A DNA stretch of 64,000 nt from Pristiophorus japonicus (GCF_044704955.1 NC_091995.1:86614001-86678000); one strand, 5' to 3'; shown: positions 36,222 through 50,030, numbered from the stretch's first letter. The notes: generated from the sequence alone by a model not told the origin. Numbers and translations: made by a program.

Positions 36222-36585
36222 TTCAATCCCTCCATGGCCTCGCCCCCTCCCTATCTCTGTAATCTCCTCCAGCCCCACCACCACCCCCGAGATGTCTGCG
36301 CTCCTCTAATTCTGCCCTCTTGAGCACCCCTGATTATAAATGCTCAACCATTGGTGGCCGTGCCTTCTGTTGCCTGGGCCCCAAACTCTGGAACTCCCTG
36401 CTTGAACCTTTCCACCTCTCTACCTCTCTCTCCTCCTTCAAGACGCTCCTTAAAACCTACCTCTTTGACCAAGCTATACTAATTTCTACTTATGCAGCTC
36501 GGTGTCAAATTTTTATCGCATAATACATGTGAAGTGCCTTGGGATGTTTCGCTACGTTAAAGGTGCTATATAAATGCAAGTTCTT
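36222..36585 (+). mobile_element. L2 3' fragment
   Basis: APPYLCNLLQP, GGRAFCCLGPKLWNSL, L2 tail. Confidence 0.85.
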
Positions 36586-36826
36586 CTTATTGGGAGGGTC
36601 AGGATATCTGGATTATGGCTCTGTTGCTGGGCTGGGGGTGGGCAATGCAACATTCAAAAAGGTTCTCTGAACCGGGAGTCTCCTTTCAACAATAGTTGAG
36701 CACAATAAAATTAATCAGCGAGTTGAAACCATTACTGTTCACAAGATAATTACGGATTAGGAAGATCATTTGGCTCATTGTAACATCTTGCAGCATCCAA
36801 ATAATTCTGAAATGTTTTGCAGGGTT

Positions 36827-39032
36827 TTCATAGAAACATAGATATAGAAACATAGAAAATAGGTGCAGGAGTAGGCCATTCGGCCCTTTGAGCCTGCACC
36901 GCCATTCAATGAGTTCGTGGCTGAACATGCAACTTCAGTACCCCATTCCTGCTTTCTCGCCATACCCCTTGATCCCCCTAGTAGTAAGGACTACATCTAA
37001 CTCCTTTTTGAATATATTTAGTGAATTGGCCTCAACAACTTTCTGTGGCAGAGAATTCCACAGGTTCACCACTCTCTGGGTGAAGAAGTTTCTCCTCATC
37101 TCGGTCCTAAATGGCTTACCCCTTATCCTTAGACTGTGACCCCTGGTTCTGGACTTCCCCAACATTGGGAACATTCTTCCTGCATGTAACCTGTCTAAAC
37201 CCGTCAGAATTTTAAACGTTTCTATGAGATCCCCTCTCATTCTTCTGAACTCCAGTGAATACAAGCCCAGTTGATCCAGTCTTTCTTGATATGTCAGTCC
37301 CGCCATCCCGGGAATCAGTCTGGTGAACCTTCGTTGCGCTCCCTCAATGGCAAGAATGTCCTTCCTCAAGTCAGGAGACCAAAACTGTACACAATACCCC
37401 AGGTGTGGCCTCACCAAGGCCCTGTACAACTGTAGTAACACCTCCCTGCCCCTGTACTCAAATCCCCTCGCTATGAAGGCCAACATGCCATTTGCTTTCT
37501 TAACCACCTGCATGTCAACCTTCAATGACTGATGTACCATGACACCCAGGTCTCATTGCACCTCCCCTTTTCCTAATCTGTCACCATTCAGATAATAGTC
37601 TGTCTCTCTGTTTTTACCACCAAAGTGGATAACCTCACATTTATCCACATTATACTTCATCTGCCATGCATTTGCCCACTCACCTAACCTATCCAAGTCA
37701 CTCTGCAGCCTCATAGCATCATCCTCGCAGCTCACACTGCCACCCAACTTAGTGTCATCTGCAAATTTGGAGATACTATATTTAATCCCCTCGTCTAAAT
37801 CATTAATGTACAATGTAAACAGCTGGGGCCCCAGCACAGAACCTTGCGGTACCCCACTAGTTACTGCCTGCCATTCTGAAAAGTACCCATTTACTCCTAT
37901 TTGCTTCCTGTCTGACAACCAGTTCTCAATCCACGTCAGCACACTACCCCCAATCCCATGTGCTTTAACTTTGCACATTAATCTCTTGTGTGGGACCTTG
38001 TCGAAAGCCTTCTGAAAGTCCAAACACACCACATCAACTGGTTTTCCCTTTTCCACTCTACTGGAAACATCCTCAAAAAATTCCAGAAAATTTGTCAAGC
38101 ATGATTTCCCTTTCACAAATCCATGCTGACTTGGACCTATCATGTCACCTCTTTCCAAATGTGCTGCTATGACATCCTTAATAATTGATTCCATCATTTT
38201 ACCCACTGCCGATGTCACGCTGACCGGTCTATAATTCCCTGTTTTCTCTCTCCCTCCTTTTTTAAAAAGTGGTGTTACATTGGCTACCCTCCATTCCATC
38301 GGAACTGATCCAGAGTCTATGGAATGTTGGAAAATGCATCTGCTATTTCCAAGGCCACCTCCTTAAGTACTCTGGGATGCAGACCATCAGGCCCTGGGGA
38401 TTTATCGGCCTTCAATCCCATCAATTTACCCAACACAATTTCCCGACTAATAAGGATTTCCCTCAGTTCCTCCTTCTTACTAGACCTTCTGACCCCTTTT
38501 ATATCCGGAAGGTTGTTTTTGTCCTCTTTAGTGAATACCGAACCAAAGTACTTGTTCAATTGGTCTGCCATTTCTTTGTTCCCAGTTATGACTTCTCCTG
38601 ATTCTGACTGCAGGGGACCTACATTTGTCTTTACTAAACTTTTTCTCTTTACATATCTATCGAAGCTTTTGCAGTCCATTTTAATGTTCCCTGCAAGCTT
38701 CCTTTCTTACTCTATTTTCCCTGCCCTAATCAAACCCTTTGTCCTCCTCTGCTGAGTTCTACATTTCTCCCAGTCCCCGGGTTCGCTGCTATTTCTGGCC
38801 AATTTGTATGCCACTTCGTTGGCTTTAATACTATCCTGATTTCCCTAGATAGCCATGGTTGAGCCACCTTCCCTTATTTATTTTTACGCCAGACAGGGAT
38901 GTACAATTGTTGTAGTTCATCCATGCAGTCTCTAAATTGCCCATCCACTGTCAACCCCTGAAGTATCATTCGCCAATCAATCCTAGCCAATTCACGCCTC
39001 ATACCTTCAAAATTACCCTTCTTTAAGTTCTG
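36827..39032 (-). mobile_element. 2.2-kb 5'-truncated CR1 LINE with broken RT domain
   Basis: KSPGPDGLHPRVL, NYRPVS, QHGF..GKSCLTN, DFQKAFDKVPH, GVPQGSVLGP, KFADD; split over several ORFs. Confidence 0.96.
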
Positions 39033-39359
39033 GAGCAGAATTACATCTCTGGTTAATTCAAAATATTCCAAATAATATCCCCGCATTAAAAGCTGGTTTA
39101 AAGGTGTGATAGAGGTTATAGGCACCTCGTCCTCTCTCTGGAATCTATCCCGGTATGTGCACAGGGACCAATTCACTATCAGAGCTCTCACTTATAGTTA
39201 CTGGCCCACATTGAGCGGGCGCTGTCGATATACTGGGCATCTCATTCACATTTAAACCTGGATCAAACCCGCACCGTCAGATACCCCTCTTTAAGTTCTG
39301 GACCACCTCCACTACTCTTCCAGGAAGTCCATTTCTTACATTGAGTCCTAAATTTGCCT

Positions 39360-41157
39360 TTCAGCTGTTAGCTGTGGCTCGGCGGTCATCGTTCTCGCCT
39401 CTGTCAGAAGGCTGTGGGTTCAAGTCCCCACTCCAGGAACTTGAGCACATAATTCTAGGCTGCCACTCCCAGTGTAGTGCTGAGGGAGTGCTGCAATGTC
39501 GGAGGTGCCGTCTTTCAGATGAGACGTTAAACCGAGGCCCTGTCTGCCCTCTCAAATGGACGTAAAAGATCCCACGGCACTATTTCGAGGAAGAGAAAGG
39601 GGAGTTACCCCGGGATAAATCGCTCAGTCAACATAACAAAAAAAAAACAGATTATCTGGTCCTTTATCACATTGCTGTTTATGGGAGAGACTCTAGAGCT
39701 GAGGGCTTTAGCAGCTGAAGGCACAGCCGCCAATGGTGGAGCGATGAATATCGGGGAAGCCAGAATTGGAGGAGTGTAGAAATCTTGGAGGGTTGTAGGG
39801 CTGGTGGAGGTTCCAGAGATAGGGAGGAGCGAGGCCATGGAGGGATTTGAAAGGATGAGAATTTTTAAATCGTGGCGTTGCTTAACCAATGTAGGTCAGC
39901 AAGCACATGGGTGAACAGAACTTTGCGCGAGTTAGGATACGGGCAGCAGAGCTTTGAATAAACTCAAGTTTACGTTGGGGGAGGCCAGCCAGGAGAGCAG
40001 TGGAATAGTCAAGTCTGGAGGTCACAAAGGCATAGATGAAGGTTTCAGCAGCAGATGAGCTGAGGGAGAGGTAATGTTACGGAGGTGGAAATAGACGGTG
40101 TCAGTGATGGTGTGGACATGTGGTTGGAAGCTCGTCTTCAACTCGAGGTCCTAAAATTCCAACGAAGGCAGCAGTGGAAATGCTATAATTGGCACCAGTA
40201 TCCTTGTGATGTAGACGAGGAGGAAAGTAGTGCAATTTAACTGCAATGCAGTCAACCCGACTGGATTGTGCATGTGAATGCAAAGTGAGGCCAGAATCAC
40301 CTTAGCTGTGATGCCCTCCTTGGTCTAATAGCCTTCCAAACCTCACTGTCTTGCTTGCAACAACAACAACTTGTATTTATATAGCGCCTTTAACGTAGTG
40401 AAACGTCCCAAGGCGCTTCGTAGCAGTGTTAGGCGATAAAAATTTGACACCGAGCCACATAAGTAGAAATTAGCGCAGGTGACTAAACGCTTGGTCAAAG
40501 AGTTATGTTTTAAGGAGCGTCTTGAAGGAGGAAAGAGTGGTGGAGAGGTTTAGGAAGGGAGCTCCAGAGCTTGGGGCCAAGGCAACAGAAGGCACAGCCA
40601 CCGATGGTGGAGTGATTATAATCAGGGATGCTCAGGAGGGCAGATTTAGAAGAGCGGTTGTGAAGCTGAAGGAGATTAGAGATGGGGATTGGCGAGGCCA
40701 TGGAGGGATTTGAAAATAAGGATGTGAATTTTGAAATCGAGGCGTTGCTTAACCGGGAGCCAATGTAGGTCGGCGAGCACAGCGGGTGATGGGTCAGCAG
40801 GACTTGGTGCGAGTTAGGACAAGGGGCAGCCAGGTTTTGGATCACCTCCAGTTTATGTAGGGTAAAGTGTGAGAGGCCAGCCGGGAGTGCGTTGGAATCG
40901 TCAAGTCTAGAGGTAACAAAGGCAGGGATGAGGGCTTCAGCAGCAGATAAGCTGAGGCATGGGAGGAGACGGGTGACTTTATACAGGTGGAAATGGGCGG
41001 TCTTAGTTATGCTGCGGATATGTGGTCGAAAGCTCACTTCAGGGTCAATTGTGACACCAAGGTTGCGAATAGTCGGGTTCAGCCTCAGACAGGAGTTAAG
41101 AGAGAGGGGTGGAGTCAGTGGCTAGGGAACGGCGTTTGTGGCGGGGACCGAAAACAA
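39360..41157. mobile_element. Cluster: partial DeuSINE (39360-39690, +) and two L2 fragments (39690-40150 and 40357-41157, -)
   Basis: SINE head; L2 ORF 40510-41037 AFVTSRLDDSNAL...GGCAFCCLGPKLW; (TTG)n tail. Confidence 0.85.
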
Positions 41158-41303
41158 TGCACATCATGATTGGACACATGGGTGAGGGACCAGCAAGATT
41201 AATGCCTTCAGGGCAAAAGAAAACTGGCTTTGGGACCTCACCTTGTTGGGACTCCCTAATGCTTGCTAAATCTTACGGCTATTTTTTTTTTTTTTAACTT
41301 CAG

Positions 41304-42874
41304 CTTCAACCGCAAGGCTCTCCTTAACTTTGAGGAGGAGCAGACGAGGGAAATGGAGACGGCGGACCCCGCGGAGCGCCCGCTCAAAGTCGGCGTCCGC
41401 GCTTTCGTCGGCGGTGCTGCAGCCGCAGAACTTCCAGGACGGCAGTGGGAAGGAGGTGGCGAGCGACCGAGGCGCGACGGAGCATCTGCGGAATGGCAGC
41501 AGGACTGCCTGTGGCGGGGGGGAGCCTGGGCCGCAAAAGCGGACGGGGGAAAGACTTCACCGCGGCTTCGGGTACACCTCGACGTTGCAGCTCCAGCCCA
41601 CGGCGAGGAGAGTTGACCCCGGCGCGCCCGAGACTTTCCTGGGGCCAGACGGCGTGGCCCTGAAGCACTTGCGGGTGGACTTGTACGACTGCGCCGATCT
41701 CGCCGGGACGCTGACCCATCTGAACGAGTCGGCCACACGGAAACTTGGGCGGTATTTGTGGGACAAACCGGAGGTAGACTCGGACCCCGCTGCCTCTCGG
41801 CGGCCAGAAGAGATGACCAACCCGAAAGCTCCTGCAGGCACCAGTCGAGTCCCAGCCTGCAAGCCCAACCCGAGAAAGTCGTCGAAGGCAACTTGGAAGA
41901 ATTTGATTGGTCTCGGTTTACCGGCTGAAGCGAACGCTCCTTCGCCGCACCAAGCTCCTTCGCCCAAACCGCAGAGCACAAATGTAGCCCGCCCTCCAGG
42001 CCAACGTCCTCTTGATTCGCAGACGGGCAGCGAGAGGGTGTCTGGCAGCACGGTGACGAGGAAGAGGCGGCGAAGGAGGCGGAAGAGGGCGCTGAAAAAG
42101 AGGGCGAATCAAAGGCGGAAGAGCTCGCCAAGCCCGGAGACGTTGCCGAGGAGAGCGTTCGGTTTGACCCATTTCGTGAAGATAGATTTGAGCAAGGACG
42201 CGGTCCTGGTAACGAGCGTCAAGAACGAAGCACCGCGCTCTGCGCAGAGCAACGCCAGCCCTCAGCAAAACTGCCGTCGGGGCGCGGCGGACGAGAGCGC
42301 GGCGGAAATGCGCGACGTCCGCGTGGTGCTGGAGGACATTTCGAAGCTCTGCGAGTCGGCCACGCGCACGTGGTACGTGCGGAGGAGATTGGCCGCCAGG
42401 CTGAGCGTGGGAGGAGAGGGAGGGAGCGGCTGGCTGGATCCCAAAATGGGGTCGCGGGTGGCGGGCGGCGGAGCGCTGAGGACTGTGCGCTGCGCTCGGC
42501 CGTGCGCCCCGGGGAACCAGCGGGCGGCGGGCGCAGCGGGACTGGGGCCCGGCGGCGGGCGCGCGCCGACGGCGGCCGCAGCAGGACTGGCGGACGGCCC
42601 GAGGCACGGCGCTGCCCAGTGCAAGCGGGCCCGCCGTTTCCCCGGCTCCGCGCAGGACACCAGGGCGCGCGGCGCGGCGGCGCCGGGTCCCCCGCGGGGC
42701 GGACCGTGCGGCGAGGGCGTGCTGGCCCACAGCTGCTTTGTCTCTGCGGTGGAGGATGGCAAAAGGCCTGCGGCTTTCACTCCGTTCGCTCGGTCCAAAC
42801 GCCTGCGTCTGGTGGTCAGCAACGGCTCCATCGACTTCGACATCTCCTCTTCGACCAGCGAAGATTCCGTCTGA
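41304..42874 (+). CDS. KMT5C: KMT5C terminal coding exon (1571 nt, basic and low-complexity)
   Basis: Acceptor T-run..AACTTCAG; phase 1 joins in frame to ORF 41330-42874; ends KRLRLVVSNGSIDFDI, matching the KMT5C C-terminal KRLRLVVSHGSIDLD motif. Total CDS 2460 nt = 819 aa. Confidence 0.9.
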
Positions 42875-43663
42875 GTATTACGTCGGGGCAGGACGTGGGT
42901 TTTTTTTTTTAAAATTTCCCTCAAGGAATCTTCTGTGGAAACCGGGAAAAATTCTATTTCTGATCTTTCCCACAGAGACACGGCGTAAAATCCCCCCCTC
43001 CTGCTTGTGTTACTGGTTAGCTCAGTGGTTGCTGTCGCCCAGTTTGCACAATGATTTTTTATCACTTTGTGACGGTGGAGCTGTGCTTGACCCTGCCCCC
43101 ATCACTCCCCCCCCCCCCCCCCCCCCCCCCGCCAAGGTCTGAATCTGAACCGTACCGAACTGGAAGGCCCAAGGGGCTTTGGCACCCGGTCTGCGGATGG
43201 TGCCTGATCTCAACCGGGTCAGGGGCGATCGGCCTCTGAGCCGTTGGCGGAGGGCAGGGGAGAATCCGCTGGGGTGCCCTCCGTGGTCAAATAGGCGACA
43301 CTTAAGGTTAACAGGGCCCTTAGGCGAGATGCTCGAGTCCTGCAGCTGTACCCCAGGAGTTATGAGGGGACAGTGGAAGGTGGGTTGGGGGAATGGAACA
43401 TTAGAAGAACCAAATAAATCGCTGTGCAAACTAGGAAGTGGCTGTTACCAATGTTCCCTTTAATTTTCGGGGGAGGGGGGGTGGGGTTGATGCGGCCCCT
43501 TTAAGGTGCTGACCGACCCATTCAGAATACCGTGCGCTGTCGTGGTTTTGCCCCGTTAAGCCGGAGAGCCGGCTGCGCGGGAGCCCCAGAGCACTGCGCG
43601 GCTGCACAGCTGAAAAGGAACATCGGCTGTGCCTGTCCTGCTGGGTGCTTTGGGCAGTGGGTT

Positions 43664-43669
43664 AATAAA
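43664..43669 (+). terminator. Candidate KMT5C polyadenylation signal
   Basis: AATAAA about 790 nt after the stop with GT/T-rich sequence downstream; another AATAAA near 43413. Confidence 0.35.
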
Positions 43670-45147
43670 GCAAGTAGCTCATGAACTGGCAAGTCATGTT
43701 GCCAATAAGGAACAGCTCGCAAAAATGTGAGCTTTGTTTTTGAGCTTTATTTCTGAGTATTCCTTTTTAAATAGAATCTGAAGTACACTCTCACACCTTC
43801 TCGACTCAGTCCCAGGGACAAAGCTTCGTATAACCTCAGGATAACAACTTCTGGTGCTTATCGGTTGGTTGATGTGCTTCGATTTCCTTCCTCATAAGAA
43901 AAAAGTAAAAAAATGTTTTTCTTCAAAAGCAACGTTTGTTCTTTGTGTCTGTGAAGTCTGCGAGGAGTTCTGTTTATTTCCTGTCTCTTAAGTCGTTCGA
44001 ACTGAATCGAAGTCTGAAGGCTCAGACCGACCCACAGGGAATGGACAAGGAGTCTCGGTATTGTCACCAGCATGTCACAGAATCATACAACAACTTGTAT
44101 TTATATAGCGCCTTTAATGTAGTGAAATGTCCCATGGCGCTTCACAGGTGTATTATGAGACAAAGAATTCGACACCGAGCTGCATAAGGAGAAATGAGGG
44201 CAGGTGACCAATAGCTTGGTCTGCACGGCACACGAAACCTAACGTTGAAAAAGCCAGTCCCAGAGCTTGCAGAGAACACTGCAATTAGTCCCACTCCTCC
44301 ACTCTTTCCCCACAGCCCTGCAATTATTTTTTGTTCCTTTTCAAGTATGTATATCCAATTCTCTTTTGAAAGTTACAATTGAATCTGCTTCCACCCCCCC
44401 TCCAGATCGTAACAACTTACTGCGTTTAAAAAAAAAAACTCATCTCCCCGACCGCCCCCCTACACCTCCAGTTCTTTTGCCAGTGTAGTTTCGGTAACGT
44501 GTGATGGCAGGCTTGTTATGGGAAACACTCATATTGATTCAGTTATTGATTCAGACCGTCCAAACGTGGGCTGTGTCTGCAGAGAGTAGTCTGGGCATTA
44601 TAGCATTAAGCTGAAGTCCTGAGGGTGGGAGCCATTTGAAGTGATGATTTAAGAGCATCACACAAACCTCAACATTTAAAGTGTATGGTTAAAGTGTTTC
44701 CTTTATAGCTTCCGGGTACTCAATATATGTTAATATATTTCCTGACAACACTGGGTCTGGATCTGTAGAACACAGGTTGAGAACATGCCGTGTGTGTGCT
44801 TGCATGCATGTGCAAGCTCCCTCTCCCAATCTGGGCTGGGTTTTAAAAAATCTTCGACTGAGCGGCAAGTGTCTCTTAGCTGTTCGCTAGAAACAATAAG
44901 ATATTAAATTGCTGCTTCTTTGAATATACTCACAGAATCATAGACGTTTACAGCGCAAAAGGTGCCGACCGACAAAGAGCTACCCAGCCTAATCCCACTT
45001 TCCAGCTCTTGGTCCGTAGCCCTGTAGGTCACGTCACTTCAAGTGCACATCCAAGTACTTTTTCAGGCAGTGAGTTCCAGACCCCCACCACCCTCTGGGT
45101 GAAAAAGGTTCTCCTCAAATCCCCTCTAATCCTTCCACCAATTACTT

Positions 45148-46458
45148 TAAATGGTATGTTGGCCTTCATAGCTAGGGGATTTGAGTATAGGAGCAGGGAG
45201 GTCTTGGTGAGGCCCCACCTGGAATATTGTGTTCAGTTTTGGTCTTCTAATCTGAGAAGGACGTTCTTGCTATTGAGGGAGTGCAGCGAAGGTTCACCAG
45301 ACTGATTCCTGGGATGGCTGGACTGACATATGAGGAGAGACTGGATCAACTGGACCTTTATACATTGGAGTTTAGAAGGATGAGAGGGGATCTCATAGAG
45401 ACATATAAAATTCTGACGGGTCGGGACAGGTTAGATGCAGGTAGAATGTTCCCGATGTTGGGAAATTCCAGAACCGGGGACATAGTCTTAGGATAAGTGG
45501 TAGGCCATTTAGGACCGAGATGAGGAGAAACTTCTTCACTCAGAGAATTGTGAATCTGTGGAATTCTCTACCACAGAAAGTTGTTGAGGCCAGTTCATTG
45601 GATATATTCAAGAGGGAGTTAGATGTGGCCCTTACGGCTAAAGGGATCAAGAAGTATGGAGAGAAAGCAGGAAAGGGGTACTGAGGTGAATGATCAGCCA
45701 TGATCTTATTGAATGGTGGTGCAGGCTCGAAGGGCCAAATGGCCTACTCCACCTATTTTCTATGTTTCTATGCCCCCTGATTATTGGCCTCTCTGCGACG
45801 GGTTAGTGCATACTGTGCAACTAAGGATAAAAAAACAGGAATTAAGATAAAAATAGCATTTTATTGCATGTTTTATTATGTCATGGATTTAGACTGCTTT
45901 GCATAAAAACAGACCTGACCTCAGTCTCCTTAACTAATAACTAGGGCACTTGATGTGGCATAGCAATAACTTGTGTCCCCTGACTTTCTCACATTGCTGT
46001 TCTTCATCGAGTTGTATCTCTATAAAGCAATTTGTGGTATTTAAGAGTTCTATAATTCTGGAATTTAGAAGAATGAGAGGGGATCACATAGAAACATATA
46101 AAATTCTGACGGGATTGGACAGGAAGAATGTTCCCGATGTTGGGGAAGTCCAGAACCAGGGGTCACAGTCTAAGGGTAAGGGGTAAGCCATTTAGGACTG
46201 AGATGAGGAGAAACTTCTTCACTCAGAGAATTGTGAATCTGTGGAATTCTCTACCACAGAAAGTTGTTGAGGCCAGTTCGTTAGATATATTCAAAAGGGA
46301 GTTAGATATGGCCCTTACGGCTAAAGGGATCAAGAAGTATGGAGAGAAAGCAGGAATGGGGTACTAAAGTTGCATGATCAGCCATGATCATATTGAATGG
46401 TGGTGCAGGTTCGAAGGGCTGAATGGCCTACTCCTGCACCTACTTTCTATGTTTCTAT
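45148..46458 (+). mobile_element. Two tandem CR1 3' fragments (45148-45772, 46056-46458)
   Basis: LVRPHLEYCVQFW, LEFRRMRGD, NFFTQRIVNLWNSLP; (TTCTATG)n tails. Confidence 0.9.
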
Positions 46459-46964
46459 AAATGCACGTTGCTTGTTATTGTACAGGGGTGTAATATACAA
46501 TCAATCTTGCTGCGTATGTGGGTCATCCGTTGCTCAGATGAGGTCAGTAATTTAAAAATATGGGAGTAAATTGTAATCAGGTAACGGGGTCATGGCACTT
46601 ATTGTTGAAGCTAAATCTGCAGTAATATCTTATTTAAATGTATTAAAGTTGCAACTAAATAATCCTTTTAATGAATCTAATCAATTTGGAAATATTTGTC
46701 CCAAGTATTAGATTTGCCATCCCTTTGTTTTTCTGCCCATTGTTATTAATATTTTTAACAATATATTTTCATTTGGCTTCGTAATCAAGGAATTGTCTGG
46801 CTGTGTGAGGGAACTGAATTGACGGACACAGTCGAACATTCATGTTAATACTAATAATTACTATGGCAAGGTGTGTGGTCTTCTCTCCCTTTCTGTGGGC
46901 TGCCTACACCACACACTATTCCGTAGAGAAGCTGTTTTAAACGTGGAGAGGTTTTTTTCCACTA

Positions 46965-48860
46965 ATAATAACTTTTATTTATAGAGTGTCTTTAACGTAG
47001 TAAAATGTCCCAAGGCGCTTCACAACAGTGTTACGAGACAAACAGATAAATTTGACACCGAGCCGCAAAAGAAGAAATTAGGGCAGATGTCCAAAAGCTT
47101 GGTTAAAGAGGAAGGTTTTAAGGAGCACCTTAAGGAAGGAAAGAGAGGTGTAGGGAGGGAGTTCCAGAGCTTGTGGCCCAGGTAACAGAAGGCATGGCCA
47201 CCGATGGTTGAGCGATCATAATCAGGGATGCTCAAGAGGGCAGAATTTGAGGAGCGCAGACATCTCGGGGGGGTTGTGATGCTGAAAAAGATTAGCGAGA
47301 TGGGTAGGGTGGGGAGGGGGGAGTCCAAAACTTGAGGTCATAAATATAAGATAGACACTAATAAATCCAATAGGGAATTCGGGAGAAACTTTTTTACTCA
47401 GATAGTGGTTAAAATTTGGAATGGTTGAGGTGAATAGAATAGACGCATTTAGAACATAAGAAATAGGAGCAGGAGTCGGCCATTAGGCCCCTCGAGCCTG
47501 CTCCGCCATTCAATAAGATCATGGCTGATCTACCTCAACTCTACCTTCCCGCACTATCCCCTTATCTGTTGGTTCCCTTAGTATCCAAAAATCTATTAGT
47601 TTCAGTCTTGAATATACTCAACGACTGAGCATCCATAGCCCTCTGAGGTAGAGAATTCCATAGGTTCGCAACCCTTTAAGTGAAGAAATTCCTTCTCATC
47701 TCCGTTCTAAATGGTCGTCCCCTTATTCTGAGACTGTGACCCCTGGTTCTAGACTCCCCAGCCAGGGGAAACAGCCTCCCCACATCTACCCTGTCCATTT
47801 CAATGAGGGGAAGCCAGATGCGAACAGAAGGAAGAAAGGAATAGGAGGATATGCTGGTGGGGTTAGATGAGGGAGTAGGAGGCTCATGTGGAGCATAAAC
47901 ACCGGCACAGACCACTTGGGCTGAACGACCTGTTTCTATGAAGTATATTCTGTGTAATCTTATCGTTACTTGTTTGGGAGGATCGCTAATTTTTCCTCAC
48001 CGTAACACTGCTATTTATGAAAAGTTAACTCTTCTCCCCCGATGGCTCAACTAATTTAAATTTTCTTTTTTCCACTAATAATAGCTTTTATTTATATAGC
48101 GCTTTTAACGAGTAAAATGTCCCAAGACGCTTCACAGCAGTGTTACAAGACAAGACCGATAAATTTGACACCGAGCCGCATAAGAAGAAATTAGGGCAGA
48201 TGACCAAAAGCTTGGTTAAAGAGGTAGGTTCACATTGGACGTCGCTGGCAAGACCAGCATTTATTGCCTATTCCTAATTGCCCTCAAGAAGGTGGTGGTG
48301 AGCCACCTTCTTGAATACAATAGAGTGGCTCGCTGGGTCACTTCAGAGGGCAGTTAAAAGTCAACCACATCGCTGTGAGTCTGGAGTCGCATATAGGCCA
48401 GACCAGGTAAGGACGGCAGATTTCCTTTCCGAAAGGACTTTAGTGAACTAGATGGGTTTTTACAACAGTCCGGTAGTTTCATGGTCACCATTACGGATAC
48501 TAGTTTTTTTTATTCCAGATTCTATTTAATTGAATTTAAATTCCCCAGCTGCCGTGTACGTACCGAGGTCAGAAACATACCCAGTCTGTGCGGAGTTACT
48601 TGATCTCGGGAGTGCTACAACGAGAGGGCCCAGGGTTAGAGAGATGGGGAGGGGGTTGCGGGGAGATAAAAGTCCAGTGGGAGTTCACACCTGACCGATA
48701 TTTAGGGGAACCGATAGGGTAGATGGAGAGAAACTGTTTCCTCTGGTTAGGAATTCTAGGACTAGGGGGCACAGTCTGAAATTTAGAGCCAGGCCTTTCA
48801 GGAGTGAAATTAGGAAATACGTCTTCGCACAAAGGGTGGTAGAAGTTTGGAACTCTCAGT
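46965..48860. mobile_element. Cluster of L2, CR1 and second-family SINE fragments
   Basis: L2 (46965-47300, 48080-48230), CR1 (47451-47795, 48700-48857), SINE (48232-48555) by similarity to other copies in the window. Confidence 0.75.
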
Positions 48861-49566
48861 GTCAGCTATGGCTCAGTGGGTAGCACACTCGCATCTGAGT
48901 CAGAAGGTGGTGGGAGAGTTTCCCAGGCTACTTATGTCTACCCTGTGACGTAAGTGGTGCTGGCAGGGGCTTGGGGCGGGGGAGCTGTTTTAAGCAGGGA
49001 AAAACTGCAAAATAAATTAATGGAGCAATGCATTTTTGGAGGTATTCCAGAAAGTGTTTCAGCTGGAGAGTGATTCTGACTTTTATCGCTCATTTGCCAT
49101 TTATGTTCTCCCCACTTGCACACGGTGCAACATTGCCTGCAGGACAGATTTCTGGCCTGCCCCCAAACCAATGCACAGTACAAGGAGATACACGAGGGCA
49201 AGATGGACTTAACTGCTCCTTCATGTTTTTTGTCTGGCTTCTCCCCACTCCTCCCCGGCCACACAGAAGCAAATACATCACACATCGTGCCACTCCATAA
49301 CCATGAAGTTGAGATTAGGAACATGCCCTGTCGGTAGTCCCAGGTACAAATCCATAGCTTGCCACTCCCTGTGGTGCCCAGGATATTGTACCATCCAAGT
49401 CTCACCTGTGCTGGCCTTATGACATTGCAAGCGAACCCTCCCACTGCAAAGAGCCATTATTCTGACTAGATCTACATTCAACAGGTTTGCCTGCAACATT
49501 GGGGCGGGGTGGGGGGGGGGGGGGGGCACGTATTCAGGAGTCCTTCCAAGTTGATCAAGAAAGTAA

Positions 49567-50030
49567 AAGAAAGACTTGCATTTATATAGCGTCTTTCACG
49601 ACCAGCAGACGTCCCAAAGTGCTTTACAGCCAATGAAGTACTTATGGAGTGTAGTCATTGCTGTAATGTGGGAAATGTGGCAGCCAATTTGTGCACAGCA
49701 AGCTCCCGCAAACAGATAATGACCAGATAATCTGTTTTTGTTATGTTGGTTGAGGGATAAATATTGGCTCCAGGACATCGGGGATAACTCCCCTGCTCTT
49801 CTTCGAAATAGTGCCATGGGATCTTTTGCATCCACCTGAGATAGCAGACGGGGCCTCGGTTTAACATCTCAACCGAAAGGCGGCACCTCTGACAGTGTAG
49901 CACTCCCTCAGCCCTGCACTGGGAGTATCAGCCTAGATTTATGTGCTCAAGGATCCCTGGAGTGGGACTTCAACCCACAACCTTCTGACTCAGAGGTGAG
50001 CGTGCTGCCCACTGAGCCACAGCTGACACT
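49567..50030 (-). mobile_element. Full-length DeuSINE
   Basis: Head, core and tail; partial copy at 50598-50865. Confidence 0.9.

Noticed and set aside
36827-39032. Active or domesticated reverse transcriptase (also Gypsy 533-2704)
   Set aside because: Truncated and broken by frameshifts and stops.
23597-42874. Calling the gene KMT5B (it has KMT5B-like residues such as [15 protein letters not shown])
   Set aside because: The short N-terminus (RVTARDLCE), YRALTLG, FLPESGF, C-terminal RLVVS.GSID and linkage to HSPBP1 favour KMT5C.
41256-43142. Long antisense and alternate-frame ORFs (291, 270, 267, 180 aa) over the KMT5C last exon
   Set aside because: Expected from very high GC and stop-codon scarcity; no recognisable domains. 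The + frame carries the KMT5C C-terminal motif and fits the splice phase.
48938-49529. Cluster of overlapping ORFs in apparently unique DNA between the two genes
   Set aside because: No recognisable protein similarity or convincing exon structure. A non-coding transcript cannot be excluded without RNA data.
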